Below are positions 20,816-31,900 of a stretch of 64,000 nucleotides of DNA, piece by piece. Below the pieces are notes generated by a model. The model was not told where the DNA came from, did no database searches, and was given only the letters and a program-made list of their open reading frames with translations. The number at the start of each line of letters is the position of its first letter. The stretch's first letter is position 1. Made by a program: the position numbers and the translations under genes. Source of the DNA: Macrostomum hystrix (Eukaryota; Animalia; Platyhelminthes); NCBI GenBank assembly GCA_950097015.1, contig CATNEN010000039.1:14694001-14758000 (forward strand). The letters run 5' to 3'.

Positions 20816-23767
20816 ATGAAAGCCAGTAACTCACTGAAGCGGAAAGTTTGTGACAATATTGTATCCTCTGCGTCAACAGGCTTGGGCTCTGAACCAGCTT
20901 TTAAACGAGCGGAGACGGGCATGCCAAGTGCTGGGGCTGCTGCTGCTGCTGCTGCTGTTGCAGGAAGCAAGGGCTGGCAGAATGGTCTGAAGACGGCCAT
21001 GCGAGATTCTAGCCAGACCCTGTTCTCTGACGATGTCTGCATCATCATTGCAGATAAATATCCGAAGGTAATTATTGCATGGGCCTCTCAAACGAAATTT
21101 TTGGTTCTCGATTCATTCTTGATTTCTCGAAAGAGGGCAATCGTAAAGACTGTTTTTAACTGATTAACTAATAATCCGGCCCCTACATGTATTCGCAGGC
21201 TCGTCACCACTACTTGGTAATGCCGAAGCATCAGATCGACTCGCTGACTCACGTTACTCGCTCAGACGCTCCTATGCTTAGGCACTTGCTTACCGCTGCT
21301 GAAAGCTTCATTGTCAGTGGGTACACAGAGAGTATTTGACTTCATGTTTTCATATCTACCAGCAGAATATAATGTTGACTAGATGATATCCGTATTTAAA
21401 CAGGTAAAAATCTTCAGTTAAGCAAGTTTCGCTTCGGGTTTCACGCGATGCCAAGTATGAGGTGAGCTATGAATTATGCAAGTTAATATGTCGGCAAATT
21501 GTCTTCACATTTGGTAACTATAAATTAGTTAAATTATCACCCTCAGTTAATGAATTGTATCCCCTAATTTGGGATAATTATCCCCCACAGTTGATGAATT
21601 GTATCCTCTAATTTATGCTAATTATCCCCGTCAGTTAATGAATTGTATCCCAAAATTTAGGATAATTATCCCCGTCAGTTAATGAATTGTATTCCCTAAT
21701 TTAGGATAATTATCCCAGTCAGTTAATGTATTGTATCCCCAAATTTAGGATAATTATCCCAGTCAGTTAATGAATTGTATCCCATTATTGAGGATAATTA
21801 TCCCAGTCAGTTAATGTATTGTATCCCCAAATTTAGGATAATTATCCCAGTCAGTTAATGTATTGTATCCCCAAATTTAGGATAATTATCCCAGTCAGTT
21901 AATGAATTGTATCCCATAATTGAGGATAATTATCCCAGTCAGTTAATGTATTGTATCCCCAAATTTAGGATAATTATATCCCAGTCAGTTAATGAATTGT
22001 ATTCCCTAATTTAGGCTAATTATCCCAGTCAGTTAATAAATTGTATCCCAAAGTTTAGGATAATTATCCCCGTCAGTTAGTGAATGGTATCCCTAATTTA
22101 GACTAATTATCCCAGTCAGTTAATGTATTGAATCCCCAAATTTAGGATAATTATCCCAGTCAGTTAATGAATTGTATCCCATAATTGAGGATAATTATCC
22201 CAGTCAGTTATTGTATTGTATCCCCAAATTTAGGATAATTATCCCAGTCAGTTAATGTATTGTATCCCCAAATTTAGGATAATTATCCCAGTCAGTTAAT
22301 GAATTGTATCCCATAATTGAGGATAATTATCCCAGTCAGTTAATGTATTGTATCCCCAAATTTAGGATAATTATATCCCAGTCAGTTAATGAATTGTATT
22401 CCCTAATTTAGGCTAATTATCCCAGTCAGTTAATAAATTGTATCCCAAAGTTTAGGATAATTATCCCCGTCAGTTAGTGAATTGTATCCCATAATTGAGG
22501 ATAATTATCCCAGTCAGTTAATGTATTGTATCCCAAAATTTAGGATAATTATCCCAGTCAGGTAATGAATTGTATCCCCAAATTTAGGATAATTATCCCA
22601 GTCAGTTAATGAATTGTATCCCATAATTGAGGATAATTATCCCAGTCAGTTAATGTATTGTATCCCCAAATTTAGGCTAATTATCCCCGTCAGTTAGTGA
22701 ATTGTATCCCATAATTTATGATAATTATCCCCGTCAGTTAGTGAATTGTATCCCATAATTTATGATAATTATCCCCGTCAGTTAGTGAATTGTATCCCAT
22801 AATTTATGATAATTATCCCCGTCAGTTAGTGAATTGTATCCCCCTTTTTAGGATAATTATCCCCGTCAGTTAATGAATTGTATCCCATAATTTGGGATAA
22901 TTATCCCCGTCAGTTAGTGAATTGTATCCCATAATTGAGGATAATTATCCCAGTCAGTTAATGTATTGTATCCCAAAATTTAGGATAATTATCCCAGTCA
23001 GGTAATGAATTGTATCCCCAAATTTAGGATAATTATCCCAGTCAGTTAATGAATTGTATCCCATAATTGAGGATAATTATCCCAGTCAGTTAATGTATTG
23101 TATCCCCAAATTTAGGCTAATTATCCCCGTCAGTTAGTGAATTGTATCCCATAATTTATGATAATTATCCCCGTCAGTTAGTGAATTGTATCCCATAATT
23201 TATGATAATTATCCCCGTCAGTTAGTGAATTGTATCCCATAATTTATGATAATTATCCCCGTCAGTTAGTGAATTGTATCCCCCTTTTTAGGATAATTAT
23301 CCCCGTCAGTTAATGAATTGTATCCCATAATTTGGGATAATTATCCCCGTCAGTTGATGAACTGATCAAATGTTATTTTCCGCAGCCAGCTACACATGCA
23401 CGCAATCAGTCAGGACTTCCAGTCGCCCTTCTTGAAGAACAAAAAGCACTGGCTATCGTTTACTACAAACTTTTTTTTGGACTGCAATCTGCTTCTGCTG
23501 CTGCTTGAATCGGCTGACGAGCGCGATAGCTCAGGAATGACGGCTGAAGCAAAGGAAACAAAAAATCTACTGATTGACAGTGGTCGGTTGAGTTTCCGCG
23601 GCAGCGGGCCTTCAGCCAGTCTGGCCATAGACAGTGCCTGGTTCGCAGCCCTGATCAAGGCTGGCGAGCTCAGGTGCAACCAGTGCAGCCGTGTTGGCAA
23701 AAACATGCCCGACCTGAAGGACCACCTCGCCTCGCATGCGAGCGGCATAAGCCGTGATGAAATATAG
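20816..23767 (+). CDS. APTX: Aprataxin (HIT hydrolase + C2H2 zinc finger), 4 exons
   Basis: Exons ~20816-21067, 21199-21316, 21404-21461, 23386-23767 (the intron 2 boundaries have one alternative). Spliced protein: W..[59 protein letters not shown], CNQC...LKDHLASH. Confidence 0.92.
21520..23360. repeat. 44-bp intronic minisatellite (~42 copies) with GGATAATTATCC palindrome
   Basis: Unit is approximately GGATAATTATCCCAGTCAGTTAATGAATTGTATCCCATAATTGA. It fills nearly all of APTX intron 3. Confidence 0.95.
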
Positions 23768-24631
23768 TTGCTGGAATTATTATTTTATATGAATAAGTAA
23801 TTTTGCATCTACAAAATGCCGAAATTAATATATATCGTCGATATATATGATGTGAATGTGAACGCTTTTGTCTACGTAAAATACTCGTACCCCCCTGAAG
23901 GACCTTTTACAAGCTGCACTAGCTGGTTGCACCAAATTTATCTACGTCATGTAATTCTATACACCTCGTTATCATTTTTAAAAATGCTAATACACCGCTA
24001 TTATGGTGAGAACCATAATTGTGGACAAATAAATGAGTAGATAGCAAGTTTCATTTTTTGAATCAAATTAAAATGTATATCATTATACACAGTTTTTAAA
24101 TATTTACATTACTTTAAAAAATATAGTAATAAAATTATAAATGGTATAATCCATTGGGCCTGAGAACGAGAAACAAAAGAGGCACTTTAGCGGCCTATGT
24201 CTTGCGTGTTTTGGAATTGCACCTGAGTGCCCTTTTGTGCCGAAATGTCACCAATATTCTTGAAGAGGCATGAAAGGTTCACAATCTGTGAGGCATAAGG
24301 TTAAATCTCAATTTTGATTGGTTATGTTGCGTCAGGGGCACTGCAGGTGCGTAAAAGGTGAACGGGAGGCTCACAATCGAGTCACGGCAGGTGCACAGGA
24401 GGTGCTGAAGGGGGGACTGAAAGCGCATGAAAGGCAAATTAAAAGTGCGTAAGGTGCACATATACGGCATAAATAGGTGCACTGGAGGTGCGTTGCAGTG
24501 GCACGAAAGGTGCGTTTAATGTGAGTTAGAAAGGGGCCACTTTTAGGCTCATTGCAGCGCTGCTTCCAGCTGTTCGGCCCCGGCCTGATGGCATTACGAA
24601 CTTGGATAGTCAGAACGCTGATTGATCAATT

Positions 24632-24878
24632 GGTTACTCAGACACCTGGTTACTCAGACACCTGGTTACTCAGACACCTGGTTACTCAGACACCTGGTTA
24701 CTCAGACACCTGGTTACTCAGACACCTGGTTACTCAGACACCTGGTTACTCAGACACCTGGTTACTCAGACACCTGGTTACTCAGACACCTGGTTACTCA
24801 GACACCTGGTTGCTCAGACACCTGGTTTGCTCAGACACCTGGTTACTCAGACACCTGGTTACTCAGAAACCTGGTTAT
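24632..24878. repeat. 16-bp minisatellite (GGTTACTCAGACACCT)n
   Basis: About 15 near-perfect tandem copies. Confidence 0.95.
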
Positions 24879-25269
24879 ACCTAGTAATTTTTTTTTTCCG
24901 ATACTCTACATCGGACATCGGACTCTGAGCTCTCTTCGGCAACCTGGACGGGTCTCCCGAACAATGACCCAGAGGCGGAGAACACCCTGTACTCCACCCT
25001 GACGCCGGGGGAGTGAGGAGGGAATGGACGTCGACGATCTCCCTTCCCCCAGCTCATCTGTGAAAAATACGAGCTACTTACTGTCCAAATCACACTGAGC
25101 GGTCGAGAGGTCATACCAGCCATGCATTTAGTACAATATGCAATTGTAAGTTAATATCCCACATGCCTGTACAGATTTTTACATGCGTGTCCCGGAACCG
25201 CCCTCGCGCGGCCGTCCTCGCCGCCAACTACCTTTAGGCGTGGCTAAGGACTGAGACCTTTCAGATGGA

Positions 25270-25965
25270 GGCCTCTGTGTCATCCAGTCTGACTGTCTGT
25301 CCGCATAAATGCTTCATCGCAGTACTGCGAAGCCCAGAATGCTGGGTTGCTCGTGAGACTAATGAGACTTTTTGACGTTTAAGAGGTGCTAGATGGCATG
25401 ATGCTGGCTTCAATGTGTTGGTCGTACAATGTGCTTGCGCGACTGTTCTTCGATCTCCACAATGTGCTTCCACTTAGCTCTGAGTTGAGGTTTATCTTCA
25501 TGTTCAACGAAATCTATTTCCCTGTAGGCTTGTGTGTACCAGTGTTTTCTTATGTTTTTTAGCAGGTGCACAGTGTCGAATAGAAGAAATAGTGGCTGGT
25601 TCGCGTCTATCGGATTTTGCACTATCCATGGCGTCGAATTGCCAGACTGGAACAAGCGAAAGCACCGTTTATTGGTAAAGTGGTTGTCGCAAATTAGGCT
25701 GACTACTGTGCCTCCAGATTGCTAACAATGTGGTCAATTACAACGGTCAATTACAAAAAAAACTGAAAAAGTTGACTTATAAAAACATTCCGTTTACACA
25801 TTCTGTTTATATAGTTAACATTTTGATGCTCTCCGATGAGTACGTCGGCAAAGCTCTCATCCAAATGCTCGCTTCTCGTTCGTCCCGGGGGAAACTATAG
25901 ACAGTAAATCTCTGTCCACTGTCATAGTTGCTCTTCCAGCCTTTTACACAGCATTTTCTTGGCAT
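25270..25965 (-). mobile_element. Decayed, internally deleted THAP9/P-element-type transposase
   Basis: THAP-like start at 25965 (MPRKCCVKGWKSNY...YSFPRD...IWMRAL). Catalytic-domain pieces VVSLICDNHFTN and LFLLFDTVHLLKNIRKHW, then frameshifted RQKVSL. Confidence 0.75.
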
Positions 25966-26249
25966 GATGCAAAAACCAGTCAGATAAATCCCGCATCTGT
26001 CTTCTGCAGGACTAAAAAACTGATAACGAACTGAGATAGAAAAGCAAAGAAGGACAACTAAAAGTAAAAGGCTAAACTATGTGCGTTCCTTTTGAGCTAC
26101 GTGCACATATTAATAAAGCATATGCCATAGACTTTTAGCATCATTTAGCCAGATTCGCTTGCATAAATTTGCACAAAACGCGATTGCAGCGTCCTGTGTT
26201 GTTTAGTAGTCCTTGGCACTGCAATCGTGGCAGCACTCCAAGCTTCAGC

Positions 26250-27175
26250 AATTGCAGATGGAAAGAGGTTCTCGATGCGACCATGGCTAGCCCTAAACTG
26301 GTTAACGGTATCGAAGGGTGGCAGGTCTGGGTGGAGGAACCCAACTCTGTCTGCCCATAGTTTCCATGAATTTAAATAACGGTGCAAAACAGCGGTCACC
26401 AACCACTTGGAGACGAAACACCCGTAGCACTGATTGGACGGCCTACACGGTTATCCTCGAGTCCCACCTGCAGGAGTTCATGTAGAAAACTCCGAGGAGG
26501 AAACTGCGAGGAGGTGAATCGTGAGGTGGAAAAGCTCCCTGGCTCCATTACAGCGGCTTACGAAGCGGCCTGCCCTATGCGTGCCTATCCAGGCGAATCC
26601 TCAGTGCGTGGTGGAAACCGGTTCTGGGGAAGATCAGGTGAAGGGCGAAAACCCTGCATCGCTGTGCCATGAAATCTCATGAAGCCTTGAGGGACTTCAA
26701 ACGAGCAGTCCGCAAGGCCAAGGAAAGTAAGTGGCGCCAATTCTGCGATGAATTGGACAAATACAAGCCTACTTCTAGTCTCGTGAAAGCGCTTGCTATG
26801 GACAATATGTCCAAACTTGATAAAAAATGAGAATAGCAAATGGAGAAACCGCAGGAGGTGCTCCAGCTCCAGGAGGTGGACAGCTGCTTCCCTCCGGTTC
26901 CCACCGCCAACACGGAGCCAAGCCACTCGCTGGAAGCTAGGCGCCAACCTGGAAACGAACAACATCAAGAAGACCTAATTGCTCGCGCAGTCAGGACTTT
27001 CAAACCCTTCAAGTCTCCGGGACTGGACGGCATCTTCCCAATCCTCCTTCGTGAGGCGGCGAAGATCCAGAAGTTCCGGAGTATTACCTGCAACCTTATG
27101 CGGGCATCGATTCAGCTGGGGTTCGTGGCCAGGTGCTGGACTAACGCTCGCGTTGTCTTCATACCCAGTCTCGAC
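26250..27175 (+). mobile_element. Decayed non-LTR retrotransposon fragment (LOA/R1-like endonuclease-RT linker and RT start)
   Basis: Frameshifted peptides TDWTAY, AAYEAACP, KWRQFCDEL, FKPFKSPGLDGIFPILL, RASIQLG..W..ARVVFIP. Truncated before the RT core. Confidence 0.8.
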
Positions 27176-27557
27176 TGATCTTACTGATGTCGACTGACCA
27201 CCCTTTGCTTGTATGGCGGTATGGCGGTATGGTGGTATATGGTAGGTTCAAGGGACATGTAGTACTGTTAACGCGGCGTGGGGTGGATGACTGGGTGTGG
27301 CAGCGACGGAAACTTGTTCGGGTGGGCTTGACAGGACGCGGTTGGGGCGGGTGACTGCGCGAGGGACGGAATTATTTGGGGTGGATTTTCAAGAAAAATT
27401 GAAATTTAGTATGAAGCCTTTGACTGTTTAACCTTAAGCTATAAAATCTGATCAATCAATCAACCAAGCGATAAATAAATAAATAAAAATATATAAATCA
27501 ATAAATCAAGAAATCAACGTAAACCAAACCAACCAATCTCTGCACTGCACACTTTAG

Positions 27558-27769
27558 AGTCGCGACATTCGGCTGCCTCGCCCCTTTACTCGGTGCCGGG
27601 GACGCCCAGGACCACGGACTTACCCAGGAGCTACTCCAGCAAAGGCGTGGCCTGGTGGCACGTGCTGCTAATCCTATTCGGCCTGATGGTCCTGGGATCG
27701 TGCTCCTACGGCGGCTACAGGAAAACAGCTGTCATAGTCACTACTACGTGTACTACTGAGTTCCAGTAG
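27558..27769 (+). pseudogene. Orphan terminal exon encoding a single transmembrane segment and short tail
   Basis: Acceptor actttag at 27557. Open frame ...YSSKGVAWWHVLLILFGLMVLGSCSYGGYRK...EFQ-stop. AATAAA at 27881. GC-rich relative to the flanks. Confidence 0.4.
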
Positions 27770-27952
27770 CAATTGGAGTCGTGCTGGCATGCCAGTGCCA
27801 TGACATTTTAGAGTTTTACTGGACTTATTTTATGCTGTTTTGTGATTTCTATGATTACTTTTTTGAAGGCTATTGTTTTTAATAAATTAACCGCGTGAAG
27901 ACCAATTATTGCTCACAAAAAATATCCAGAACAGTCATTTTATATACTCGTA

Positions 27953-28205
27953 CTAGTGTGACAGTCTCACAATCCAGTGTGACAATCTCACCATCTAGTG
28001 TGACAGTCTCACCATCTAGTATGACAGTCTCACCATCTAGTGTGACAATCTCACCATCTAGTGTGACAGTCTCACCATCTAGTATGACAGTCTCACCATC
28101 TAGTATGACAGTCTCACCATCTAGTATGACAGTCTCACCATCTAGTATGACAGTCTCACCATCTAGTATGACAGTCTCACCATCTAGTGTGACAATCTCA
28201 CAGTC
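27953..28205. repeat. 21-bp minisatellite (TCTAGTATGACAGTCTCACCA)n
   Basis: About 12 tandem copies. Confidence 0.95.
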
Positions 28206-28398
28206 CACATTCCCCTGAGTAAGATCGAAAAGGGTACATTTAGGATATCAGCTTTAAGTTATTATTATAAAAAATTGCATTTTGCCAATCTAATATTTTG
28301 TTGATAAACAATAATTCAGAATTACAAACAAAGCAGTTTACGACAAAAATATTCTGGGTAGTCGATTCAGTCTTTTAAGCAGGAAGTTCGCTGAGTTT

Positions 28399-28475
28399 TC
28401 AGCGCAGCGCAGTCAGTAACAGTGCCTGCAGCTTGCTCATCTTTGGAGTTGATTTCTGAGTTTAGTGATTGATTG
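28399..28475 (-). pseudogene. Truncated duplicate of exon 1 and 5' UTR of the giant Ly6-repeat gene
   Basis: ATGAGCAAGCTGCAGGCACTGTTACTGACTGCGCT (MSKLQALLLTALR-stop) and its upstream sequence match 48634-48705. Confidence 0.8.
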
Positions 28476-28988
28476 AGAAGACTCCGAGAGGCTTCTATGT
28501 AATAGGATTAATAGGTAATAGGAAATCAGGATTAGTAGACAATAGGAAATAGAATTAACAGGTAATAGGATCAAAAAACACCATGCAGCAGCACTAAACT
28601 AATGCCCCGCAGCAAAGACTGAAATAATGACCCCAGCAACAGAGAGCTAAGGCCCCCCCCAGCACAAGTGAAGTAATGTTCCCTAGGAACAAAGAACAAA
28701 GGACCCCTAGCAACAGAGACCTAAGGCCCTTCAGCAGAAGTAAACTAATCCCCCCCAGCAACTGAGAACTTATTCCCCCCCGGCAGCAAAGAACTACTGC
28801 ACTAATGCAAAGAACTAAAGCAATTGCCTCCCCCAAGTTCACTTAGGTCAATGAAATTTAGACAAGACTATACCTACTTCAAGATAAATAGGTTAAAATG
28901 GAGCCTCCACTGTGTCTGTACCCGCTCACTCAGCTGCCTTTAGTCGATGACCAAAGTCTTTAAACAAGTCTATGATCGAGAGTGTTTA

Positions 28989-31900
28989 CTAAGCTTCAGC
29001 TGAGCTTCGCCACACAGTGGTCACTGCGGCCACCGCGGCGAATACGGCGATTTTTGCGGCGGCAGTAAGGCCCAGGGTGGACGCCGCTTTGTTTGCAGCG
29101 TAGAAGACTGCGATGTTGTTGGAGGCCGACGCGGTGTTGGAGGCCACAGTGCTGTTGGTGGCCGTGGTGCTGTTGGAGGCCGCGTTGGTGTTGGACGCCA
29201 CGTTGGTGTTGAAAGCCGCGATGGTGTTGGAGGCCGCGGTGGTGTTCGAGGCCGTGGTGTTGCTGAAGGCCGCGTTGTTACTGGAGGCCGCGGTGGTTCC
29301 GGAGGGTGGGTTGCACCTGTCCCAACTACAGATGGAGCACTTGTCGATATTTCTGAACCGATGAACGCAATAAAATTTTGATGCACACTTGCCTTGGGTC
29401 TGCAATGTTGGAGAGATAGACAGGAGTCGAAATTCAACCATTCAGTGTTAATTAGTAAACGGCACAGCCTAATAAAAGCAGCAGCTTACCACGTGACATC
29501 CATTTTGGTAGTAAGTGATAGAAAGGCATCCCATGCCTTCTGCAGGGCAATCCTTTTCTACAATTATTGTTGGCACTGCTTTAAACAGTTTTGAAATTGA
29601 ATAATGGTAGCAACGAAGGCGGCTCCCATTAAATGAGGACTCGATGCTGAGGTTCAACCATTCATTTTCGGGGGGCACAATGTTCTTGGAGGCAACGGTG
29701 GTGTTGGAGGCCACGATGGTGTTGGGGGCCGTAGTTGTGTCGGAGGCCGCGATGGTATTGGAGGCCGCGATCGTGCTTAAGGCCGCGTTCGTGTTGGAGA
29801 CCACGATGGTGTTGGGGTCCGTAGTTGTGTCGGAGGCCGTCCTGGTGTTGGTGGCCGCCATTGTGTTAGAGGCTGTGGTGGTGTCAGAGACCGCATTGGT
29901 GATGGAGGCCGCGATGGTGTTGGGGGCCGTAGTTGTGGAGGAGGCATTCATGGTGTTGGTGGCTGACATTGTGTTAGAGGCCTCGATGGTGTTGGATGCC
30001 GTAATGGTGTTGGAGGCCGTGGTGGTGTCGGAGGCCGCGATGGTATTGGAGGCCGCGATCGTGCTTAAGACCGCGTTCGTGTTGGAGACCACGATGGTGT
30101 TGGGGTCCGTAGTTGTGTCGGAGGCCGTCCTGGTGTTGGTGGCCGCCATTGTGTTAGAGGCTGTGGTGGTGTCAGAGACCGCATTGGTGATGGAGGCCGC
30201 GATGGTGTTGGGGGCCGTAGTTGTGGAGGAGGCATTCATGGTGTTGGTGGCTGACATTGTGTTAGAGGCCTCGATGGTGTTGGATGCCGTAATGGTGTTG
30301 GAGGCCGTGGTTGTGTCGGAGGCCGTCATGGTGTTGGTGGCCGACATTGTGTTAGAGGCCTCGTTGGTGTTGGATGCCGACGTAATGGTGTCGGAGGCCG
30401 TGGTGGTGTCGGAGGCCGCGATGGTATTGGAGTCTGCGATGGTGTTCGAAGCCACGTATGTGTTCGAGGCGACGATGGTGTTGGATGCCGTATTGGTGTC
30501 GGTGGCCACGATGGTATTGGAGGCCGCGATGGTGTTCGAGGCCGCGTTAGTGTTAGAGGCGACGATGGTGTTGGAGGCCGTGGTGGTGTCGGAGGCCGTC
30601 ATGGTGTGGGTGGCCGAAATTGTTTTAGAGGCCTCGATGGTGTTGGATGCCGTAATGGTGTTGGAGGCCGTGGTGGTGTCGGAGGCCGTCATGGTGTTGG
30701 TGGCCGCCATTGTGTTAGAGGCCTCGATGGTGTTGGATGCCGTAATGGTGTTGGAGGCCGAGGTGGTGTCGGAGGCCGCGATGGTATTGGAGTCTACGAT
30801 GGTGTTCGAGGCCGCGTATGTGCTAGAGGCGACGATGGTGATGGAGGCCGTGGTGGTGTCGGAGACCGCGTTGGTGTTGGAGGCCGCGGTGGTGTTCGAG
30901 GACCCGTTTGTGTTAGTTGCTGCGAGGGTGTTAGTGGACGCAATTGTGTTTGAGGCCTCGACGGTGATGGAGGCCGTGGTGGTGTCGGTGGCCGCGTTGG
31001 TGTTGGAGGCCTTGTTAGTGTTGGAGGCCCAGTTTGTTCCGGAGGGTGGGTTGCACCTGTCCCAACTACAGATGGAGCAGTTGTCGATATTTCTGAACCG
31101 CTCAACGCAATGAAATTTCGATGCACACATGCCTTGGGTCTGCAATGTTGGAGAGATAGACAGGAGTCGAAATTCAACCATTCAGTGTTAATTAGTAAAC
31201 GGCACAGCCTAATGAAAGCAGCAGCTTACCACGTGAGATCCATTTTGGTAGTAAGTGATAGAAAGGCATCCCATGCCTTCTGCAGGGCAATCCTTTTCTA
31301 CAATTATCTCTGGCACTGCTTTAAACAGTTTTGAAATTAAATAATGGTAGCAACGAAGGCGGCTCCCATTAAATGAGGACGCGATGCTGAGGTTGAGCCA
31401 TTTATTTTCGGAGGGCACAATGTTCTTGGAGGCAACGGTGGTGTTGGAGGACGCTATCGTGCTTGAGGCCGCGATGGTGTTGGAGGCAACGATGGTGTTG
31501 GAGGCCGTGGTGGTGTCGGAGGCCGTCATGGTGTTGGTGGCCGACATTGTGTTAGAGGCCTCGATGGTGTTGGATGCCGTGATGGTGTTGGAGGCTGCGG
31601 TGGTGTCGGAGGCCGTGATGGTATTGGACTCCGCGATGGTGTTTGAGGCCGCGTTTGTGTTAGAGGCGACGATGGTGTTGAAGGCCGTGGTGGTGTCGGA
31701 GGCCGCGTTAGTTTTGGAGGCCGCGATGGTGTTGGATGCCGTAATGGTGTTGGAGGCTGCGGTGGTGTCGGAGGCCGTGATGGTATTGGACTCCGCGATG
31801 GTGTTTGAGGCCGCGTTTGTGTTAGAGGCGACGATGGTGTTGAAGGCCGTGGTGGTGTCGGAGGCCGCGTTGGTGTTGGAGGCCGCGGTGGTGTTCGAGG

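Noticed and set aside
23386-23410. Inactive HIT motif (QLHMH rather than HxHxH)
   Set aside because: Replacement of the first His is common in non-vertebrate aprataxins, and the catalytic His residues are present.
24180-24560. Region with recurring AGGTGC motifs
   Set aside because: Probably a transposon subterminal remnant, but no TIR, TSD or ORF could be defined.
24552-25002. ORFs TQTPGYSDTWLLRHLV..., plus those at 27895-28218 and 56746-57012
   Set aside because: They are translations of 16-, 21- and 14-bp minisatellites.
28550-28850. Hydrophobic ORF 28594-28842
   Set aside because: It overlies a degenerate ~27-30-bp tandem repeat, starts at a non-ATG codon and has no family motif.
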